Assembly: GCA_963422375.2 (NCBI GenBank)
Contig: OY729428.2
Coordinates: 2,208,001-2,272,000, forward strand
Origin: Bryobacterales bacterium
GTDB lineage: Bacteria; Acidobacteriota; Terriglobia; Bryobacterales; UBA6623
Length of the DNA: 64,000 bases
Direction: 5' to 3'
The translations under genes were made by a program, and so were the position numbers. The notes beneath the pieces are model-generated. The model saw nothing but the letters and a program-made list of their open reading frames with translations, had not been told where the DNA came from and ran no database searches. This document shows, piece by piece, positions 57,485 through 64,000 of the stretch (position 1 is its first letter; every line of letters begins with the position of its first letter).

Positions 57485-59347
57485 ATGACCCACGCTGCAC
57501 CCGTCCGGGAATTCACTCTCCAAGCGCTCGTCATCGGCCTACTGATCGGCACCGTGCTGACCGCGGCCAACACCTACCTCGGCCTGTACGCAGGGATGAC
57601 GGTGTCGGGTAGCATCCCTGCCGCGATCGTCTCGATGGGCATCCTTCGCGGCCTGCTGAAGCGCGGCACGATTCACGAGAACAACATTGTCCAGACGATC
57701 GCCTCTTCGGGCGAGGCCGTGGCCGCGGGGATCATCTTCACCGTACCGGCCATGATCATCGCCGGCGTGTGGACGGAATTCCCGTTCTGGCAGGTCTCGC
57801 TGATCGGCCTGCTGGGAGGCTCGCTCGGCATCCTGTTCATGATCCCGCTGCGCCGGGTTCTGATCGTCGAGGACAAGGATCTGGTCTATCCCGAGGGCGT
57901 GGCCTGCGCGCAGGTTCTCGAGGCCGGCGACAGCGGCGGGAGTCCGATGCGCAAGATTCTCGGGGCGGTCGGGAGCGGCATCGCCTTCAAGTCGCTCATT
58001 GGCCTCGTCGCGGTCTTCCGCGGCACAGCCGAGCATGCGTGGCGCGTGGCAGGCACGGTGCTCTACCTCGGGACGGACGTGTCCGTCGCGCTGCTGAGCG
58101 TCGGGGTGATCGTGGGCGTAGAGATCGGGGTCGCGGCGCTCACCGGCAGCGTGATCGCGTGGCTAATCGCGATCCCCCTCTATATCCAGCAGAATCCCAT
58201 GCCGGGCACCGCGCCGATGGATGCGGCATGGGAGGTATGGAGCAGCCAGATCCGGTACATGGGCGTGGGAGCGATGATCGTCGGGGGGCTGTCCTCGATG
58301 TGGGCGATCCGCCGCGGGATCGCGAAGGCCATGCGACAGCTCGCCGGGGGATTCGGCCGGGCTCGGCAAGCCGTCGCCCGCACGGATACCGACCTGCCCA
58401 ACAAGGCGGTGGCGGCGGTCTTCCTAGCCGCAGCGGCCGGTACGTTCGCGCTCTACGAGACCGTGACCGGATCGCTCGGGATCGCGATCACGGCGGGGAT
58501 CGTCATGCTGTTCGCCGCGCTGTTCTTCGTCGCGGTCTCCAGCTACATCTGCGGGCTGGTCGGGTCGTCCAACAACCCGATCTCCGGGATGACGATCTGC
58601 GCGCTGATGTTCTCCTCGATCATCCTGCTGCTGCTCGGGATGTCGGGAACCGCCGGTATTCTGGGAGCGCTGGGCGTGGCGAGCATCGTGTGCTGCGCCG
58701 CTGCCACGGGCGGCGACACGTCGCAGGACCTGAAGACCGGGCACCTCGTGGGCGCGACGCCTTGGAAGCAGCAGGCCGCCCAGTTCGCCGGCATCGTGCT
58801 GCCGATCCTCTCCATCGCCCCGGTGCTGGCCCTGCTGCACAACGCCTACGGCATCGGGACGGACGCTCCCGGCGCGCTGCGCGCGCCGCAGGCCACGCTG
58901 TTCGCGTCGATCGCCGAAGCGCTGTTCGGCGATTCCGATCTCCCGTGGACCATGGTGTGGATCGGCGTCGGGATCGCGATCGGCCTGCTGATCCTCGACA
59001 GTTTCCTGAAGCGTGCCGGCAGCAGGTTCCGGGCTCACGTGATGCCGGTGGCTGTAGGGATCTATCTTCCGATCGCACTGATGGTGCCGATCTTCCTCGG
59101 GGGATTGATCGCCCAGAGCCTCAGGAGCCGGTCCGCCGCGGCAGCCCAGAACGGGGTGCTGATCGCCTCCGGGCTGATCGCCGGGGAGGCCTTGGCAGGA
59201 ATCCTGATCGCGGTTCCCGAGACCCTCGCGATCGGCGCACGGATTCCGATTCCAGTAGCGGACAGCCTCCTGCTGTCGCTGGGCGGAGTCGCCGCGGCGA
59301 TGGCCCTGATTCGCTATTTCGCCGCCCGCGACACCGGAGCGGCCTGA
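57485..59347 (+). CDS. OPT-family oligopeptide transporter
   Basis: ANTYLGL, ENNIVQT, YPEG, SSNNPISG, QDLKTG, APQA, SGLIAGE. Confidence 0.95.
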   Translation: MTHAAPVREFTLQALVIGLLIGTVLTAANTYLGLYAGMTVSGSIPAAIVSMGILRGLLKRGTIHENNIVQTIASSGEAVAAGIIFTVPAMIIAGVWTEFPFWQVSLIGLLGGSLGILFMIPLRRVLIVEDKDLVYPEGVACAQVLEAGDSGGSPMRKILGAVGSGIAFKSLIGLVAVFRGTAEHAWRVAGTVLYLGTDVSVALLSVGVIVGVEIGVAALTGSVIAWLIAIPLYIQQNPMPGTAPMDAAWEVWSSQIRYMGVGAMIVGGLSSMWAIRRGIAKAMRQLAGGFGRARQAVARTDTDLPNKAVAAVFLAAAAGTFALYETVTGSLGIAITAGIVMLFAALFFVAVSSYICGLVGSSNNPISGMTICALMFSSIILLLLGMSGTAGILGALGVASIVCCAAATGGDTSQDLKTGHLVGATPWKQQAAQFAGIVLPILSIAPVLALLHNAYGIGTDAPGALRAPQATLFASIAEALFGDSDLPWTMVWIGVGIAIGLLILDSFLKRAGSRFRAHVMPVAVGIYLPIALMVPIFLGGLIAQSLRSRSAAAAQNGVLIASGLIAGEALAGILIAVPETLAIGARIPIPVADSLLLSLGGVAAAMALIRYFAARDTGAA

Positions 59348-60780
59348 TCCGCTCCCTACGGGCACGCGTCGTGACGGAGACCTTCGCGACAGCGCAGAGG
59401 GCAATCAACGCTCACGGCGCACCCGGGATCCGAGTTTTCCACGAAACCCGTGGAAAACTTGCCGGAAGCCTTGAAATTCCAAGGCGTTCGCGCCCCGGGC
59501 ACCCTAGCCCGCAGTCGTAGGCAGCGTCGCGGTCTTGAAGGCGATGTTCCCGAGCCGAGAAGTCTTTCTCTTCGGGGCGCCCCTGTTCGGACGGGCTGTG
59601 CGGACTGCCACGCGCCGGGGACAGCGGAGCCGGCAACGGGTCGGCCTGTATGGGGGGATTCAGTGCGCTGCCCATTATGCGCCTCCAATGTCGCCGTCCG
59701 ATTCGATGACGATCACTTGTCCGGGATAGAATCTGATCGGCTTGGTCTCGCTCGGGCCCAACGGTCCCGGACCGGATGGCAGCTGTAGCTGTCGAACGAG
59801 ATCCGGGAATAGACCGCCCATCACGCAGGCACGCATCCACCCGCGGCAGGTTGGACCGCGGAAGCATGCGTCGAACGCTCTGGACACGCAACGCCGGAAC
59901 TCCACCTGGTTGCCCAGCACCTCCCTGCAGGGAAGGGGGCCATACCCAGCGATTCTCAATTTGGGCATTTGGGGATTTCCAGAGTGTCTGAGAAAGGTGT
60001 CGAAGGCAGTCTGGCACTTGACTTTTCCTAGCGGAATTTGTGAGCTAAGGTGAATGCCTCATGTCCTGGACTCGCTGCTGAGCGCCTTCCGCGAGACGGC
60101 CGCCGGCCGGCCCGACCGGCGCGACGGTCGCAGCAACAAGCGCTACGAGGTCAGCGACGCCGCCGGTTGCGCCCTGGCCTGCTTCTTCACCCAGTGCGAG
60201 TCGTATGGAGCGGGACGGCTCCCGCTGCAACTGCCGGACCCTGTTCGGCGCGGGCCGCATCCCCTGCGACAACCGGATCCGCAACTTGCTCGACGACCTC
60301 GACCCGGCCGCGTTCGACCCGCCGTTCCGGCCGTGCCTCGCAACCGTGGCCGCGCGGGGCGCGCTCGAGCCCTTCCAGCGCCTCGACGAGCGCCTGCCGG
60401 CGGCTCCGGACGGCGTCCGGTTCCACCGCTCCGACAGGGTGCATTGCCCGCAGTGCTCGGTGCGGCGCGCCGGCAGCGAGCGCCGGCCGCATCACTTCCA
60501 CGCCATGGTCGCGGCCACCGCGGTGGCCGACGGCCACGCCACCGTCCTGCCGCTGATGCCCGAGTTCGCGTGCCCGCAGCAGGACGCGGCCGCGACCCGC
60601 GCCGACATGAGCGAGAACGAGCGCAAGCGGGACTGCGAGCGCAACGCTGCCAAGCGCTGGCTCGCCGCTCAGGGCGCCTGGCTGCAGGCCTGCCGCCCCG
60701 TCCTGCCGGGCGACGACCGGTACTGCTGCCAGCCGCTCTGCGCGGCCGCCGCGGCCGCCGGCACGGACTTCATCTTGGAA

Positions 60781-61813
60781 CCTGATTACCCACAAGACTC
60801 AGCCAAGGCTAGGAGGCGGTAAGGCATGGGCGGGGTGCGCACGGAGGCGTGGAGCAGGCGGGGGACCAGCGCCTGCAGATTGTAGCGGCGGTTGAAGCGG
60901 TAGCGGAACTCGGCGAGGTACCGCGGCAGGTGCTTGCCGTCGAGCGCATGGCAGGTTCCCGCCAGGGACTGCTTGACGTTCGCCAGCATCGTGCTGACCC
61001 GGACGAAGCGGGAATCCGCGCAGCTCCGCTTCCCGCCTCCGGTGACGGTCGGCACGTGCTCGCAGCCGGCGCCGGCCACGCCCCGCAAGCAGGCCGGGCC
61101 GTCGGAATGCACCTTCGTGCCGGGCTGCAAGTGCCGCCCGGCCCACGCTGCCAGCGTCTTCTGGCGGAAGCCCGCCACGCCGCTCATGCGCATCCTTGCC
61201 GGCTGGCCGGCGGCGGTGACCTGCACGGCGGCCACGAACGGCGTCTTGCCCGCCGCGCCGCGACCGCGCTTGCCGCCGCTCCGCTCCCCGCCCCAGCAGG
61301 CGTCGTCCACTTGCACGATGCCGTGCAGCGGCACGCGCTCGTCGCGATCCTTCATCCCTTGCAAGAGCTTGTGCTTCATCTTCCAGGCCGTGTTCCGGCT
61401 GACGCCCGGCTGACGCGCCAGTTCCAGCGACGAAACGCCGTGCTTGCCCTGCGTCAGCAGGTGGAGCGCCAGGAACCGGACGGTCAGCGGCAGCTGGGTG
61501 GCGGCGAAGATCGTGCCGGCGACGAGGGAGGTCCGGCGGTGGCAGGCATGGCACTGCCAGAGCTTGCGGGAGCGGATGCGGCAGTGCCGTCGGGAGCCGC
61601 ACTCCGGGCAGCGCAAGCCGTCCGGCCAGCGGGCGTTGAAGACGGCCTGCTCGCATGGCCCCTCGCTGCCGTAGCGCTGCAGGAACTTGCCCGGGCTGAG
61701 TCCCTTCTGGAATTGCACGCGATTGCGTTTCAGCTGCTATCCCCTTTCCTATCAGAGATTTCCGACCTCTTTCAATATAGCATATCCTCGGCTGACGTTC
61801 GTTGGTAATCAGG
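60781..61813 (-). mobile_element. IS1595-family element (IS1595 subgroup), 1033 bp
   Basis: terminal IRs CCTGATTACC / GGTAATCAGG; 8-bp flanks TCTTGGAA and TCCGGGTA (5/8, eroded TSD); removing it restores host codons F-I-L-V-C-K-P. Confidence 0.88.
60786..61733 (-). pseudogene. IS1595-family transposase, frame open but probably inactive
   Basis: CPECG/CHAC zinc ribbon, VQVDD, VHSDG, YLAEFRYRFNRR; expected start reads CTG 7 nt after an AAAGGGG RBS; many substitutions at conserved sites. Confidence 0.8.
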
Positions 61814-62620
61814 TCCGGGTATGCAAGCCCGGATCCCGCAAGCACTTGTACGAGGTGCCGGAGAGCCGGCGGGCGAGCGGCGCGGTGCGCTCGACCGGCT
61901 GGCTGCCGCGACGCCCTGCAGGGCACTTGGCTCGAGTACGCCGTGGAGCGCGACGGCAAGCGCACCTGCGCCAGCAGCTTCTTCACCAGTCTCGCGGTCA
62001 GCGCGGACAACGCGGAGCGGATCGCGCGCGCCGGCCGGGCGCCCTGGAAGATCGAGAACGAGGGCTTCCACTGCCTGGCGCGGCACGGCCGCAACTGCAA
62101 GCGCAACTTCGGGCACGGCAAGGAAGGGCCGGCCAACGTGCCGGCCGTGCCGAACCCGTTCGCCTTCGCGCTCCGCGCCGTGGTGCAGTGCGTCTGCGCG
62201 CTGCGGCAGCAGTGCCGGCGCCAGCCGGTCACGCGCCGCGCCCTGTTCCAGGAGCTGTTCCAGGAGCTGCAGGTCGCGCTGCGCTGGTTCCGCTTCCCGG
62301 ACCGGCCGACGCTGCTGGCGGCGGTGCGCGACGGACGCGCGCCTCCGGGCTGCCAGGCGGCCGGGCGGCCGGGGCCTGGACTCGGCGCAGTTTCGTGCCG
62401 GCAGCGTCCGGCCAGCGGCCGACCGTCGCAGCCGGCTACCGCCGGGGTGCGTCCGGCCGCGGGCTCGGCACTCGGCGGACCCGCGACGCGGGCCGCGCCA
62501 CGGCCCTGCCCGCCGTCCGACGCTCCCGCACGGCGGCCTCGGGAGCGCAACCTCTCGGCCAACTTATTCACCTCATCCTCCGAAACAACGTTCACGCACC
62601 CCCTTGACGGCCAAATTTAG

Positions 62621-64000
62621 GGGAATTATATATCTGAGTGCCGACAACGCCATGGTCCGACTAGAACTGCTGTGAGCAGGGAGGTGGGTGTCGAGCTGGG
62701 GTCATGCGAGTGCGGCCGCGGCGGGCACAGAGGGGTGGGGTGTGGGATCGTATCTGAATCGAGCCTGCCAGCGGATTGGACGAGGAAGGGACTAGAGAGG
62801 CCGCCTCGCCTGCCCCGGTTGCCCCGGTGGAACCCGGTTGGCGGTGGCAGGGCACGCCTTGCAAGCCGCTTGCAGGCCCTGCGAGGGCCGAAGACAGCGG
62901 ATCCCCGGCGCTCGACGGCCTGCATGGACGGTCCGGACCGGACCGGGGTCGCGCCGGGGCATGCCGGATCCGGTGCGACCCTCGTACCGAGCGTGCAGCG
63001 CACCGAGCGTGAAGCGCGCGCCCGCAGCGGGCTGCCGCGCTCGGCGCGGCGGGCGCCGCTCAGGCCGCGACCGCGGCCTTGCCGGTCAGCTGCCGGCAGG
63101 TCAGCGTCCGGCCGACCAAGCCCCGCGCCATGCGCCGCATCCGTTCCGCCGTGTCGCAGTCGCGGTCGTTGCGCCGTCCCGCGAACTCCGTGAGGTAGCG
63201 GCCGAGATGACGGACGCTCATCCGGTGATAGGTTCCGTAGAGGCCGCGCTTGAACAGGGACCAAAACGACTCGATGCCGTTCGTATGCGCCGCCCCGCGC
63301 ACGTACTCGCCGCGGGAGTGCTTGACGGCTTCGTGCGGGAACTGCTCCATGCCGGCGCAGGCCGCCGCCTCGTCGGAGCGGACCTGCGCGCCCGGCGCGA
63401 CCCGGCCGCGCGCGAAGCCCTGCAGGTCGCCCTTGGCGGTGCCCGGCAGCGGCCGCGCGGCCACTGCGTTCGCGGCGCGGTCCCGCGCGCCCGCCACGGG
63501 CGTCTTGCCGACGGGCCCGCGCCCGGCGCGGGCCTTCTTCCTCTCGTGCTTGTTGCGCTCCTTGCCGCCGACGCAGGTCTCGTCCACCTCCACCGGGCCG
63601 GCGAACAGGCCCCGATCCCGCTCCCGGCACGCGCGGATGCGGTGCGCCAGGTGCCAGGCCGACTTCCGGCTGATGCCTAGGTCGCGGTGCAGCTTCATGC
63701 TCGAGACGCCCTTGATGCCGGTGGTCAGCAGGAACAGGGCGACGGCCCGGGTGCGGTAGCCGAGCTCGGTGTCGGCCGTCACGCTGCCGGTGCGCACGGA
63801 AAAGCGCTTGCCGCAGCCGCGGCAACGGTACGGCATCGAAGGGTGGGCCGCGCCGGACTGCACGCTGGAGCCGCCGCAGCGGGGGCACGCGGGACCGTCC
63901 GGCCAGCGCATGGATGCGAACCACTTTTCCGCGGATTCGTCATCGGGGAACATGGCGATCACTTCGATCAATGTGATGCCTTTACGGAACCACTTTCCGG
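62621..64000 (-). mobile_element. second IS1595-family element (ISNwi1-like end), runs off the window
   Basis: terminus GGGAATTATATATCTGAGT at 62621 fits the ggnnatTAT-type end; ~420 bp between the end and the transposase stop. Confidence 0.7.
63060..64000 (-). CDS. IS1595-family transposase (5' end beyond the window; likely decaying)
   Basis: frame open to the window edge (GKWFRKGITLIEVIAMFPDD), CPRCG/CRGC, VEVDET, SDE, HTNGIESFWSLFKRG, YLTEF. Confidence 0.88.
   Translation of the reverse strand, partial: GKWFRKGITLIEVIAMFPDDESAEKWFASMRWPDGPACPRCGGSSVQSGAAHPSMPYRCRGCGKRFSVRTGSVTADTELGYRTRAVALFLLTTGIKGVSSMKLHRDLGISRKSAWHLAHRIRACRERDRGLFAGPVEVDETCVGGKERNKHERKKARAGRGPVGKTPVAGARDRAANAVAARPLPGTAKGDLQGFARGRVAPGAQVRSDEAAACAGMEQFPHEAVKHSRGEYVRGAAHTNGIESFWSLFKRGLYGTYHRMSVRHLGRYLTEFAGRRNDRDCDTAERMRRMARGLVGRTLTCRQLTGKAAVAA

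Larger units (their letters stand above)
60054..62350 (+). pseudogene. ISNCY-type DDE transposase pseudogene (frameshifts near 60200 and 61870-61920; split at 60781-61813)
   Basis: PDRR...YEVSDA...FFTQ; IPCDNRIRNLLD; KRDCERNAAKRW; DFIL|VCKP; WKIENEGF...NFGHGK. Confidence 0.8.
59946..62620 (+). mobile_element. decayed ISNCY-type insertion sequence, interrupted by IS1595 elements
   Basis: left end CCAGCGATTCTCAATTTGG (59946-59964); partial right IR CCAAATTTAG (62611-62620); transposase fragments in between. Confidence 0.7.

Noticed and set aside
59348..59945. Replication origin (oriC)
   Set aside because: Only one pair of imperfect DnaA-like boxes, no AT-rich unwinding element, and no dnaA, dnaN or gidA nearby.
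61735..61763. Further copies of the 29-bp palindromic motif (also near 25457 and 59463)
   Set aside because: Matches are too degenerate to separate from chance without a PWM.
62640..63059. Passenger gene in the second IS1595 element
   Set aside because: No ORF with credible composition or motif in any frame.

Overview
GC-rich bacterial chromosomal window, most likely Acidobacteriota (Bryobacterales-like). This is inferred from a Cys-rich RpoB insertion, a tandem DUF507 protein, a double-domain M42 peptidase and an Oar-type TonB-dependent receptor. 1-15 kb: a perfect parS site, then tRNA-Tyr, tuf, rpmG, tRNA-Trp, secE, nusG, rplKAJL and rpoBC. 15-59 kb: shuffled metabolic and envelope genes separated by long non-coding spacers. 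These include lolC/E, a sulfatase, lysC, rodZ, three Tat-signal enolase-superfamily enzymes, M28 and M42 peptidases, an ECF sigma operon, msbA-yicC-gmk-rpoZ, aldolases and an OPT transporter. 59.9-64 kb: a decayed ISNCY-type element hit by two IS1595-family elements. Most notable: (i) a 424-bp silent copy of part of the TonB-dependent receptor gene whose differences all fall in one predicted surface loop, next to a tandem-RHH-like orphan and an AAA-ATPase/PD-(D/E)XK gene; (ii) a dispersed 29-bp palindromic intergenic motif; (iii) an apparent A:T->G:C bias in all decaying transposases; (iv) exported versions of normally cytoplasmic acid-sugar enzymes. All family calls come from motif recognition by eye. 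No database searches were run.
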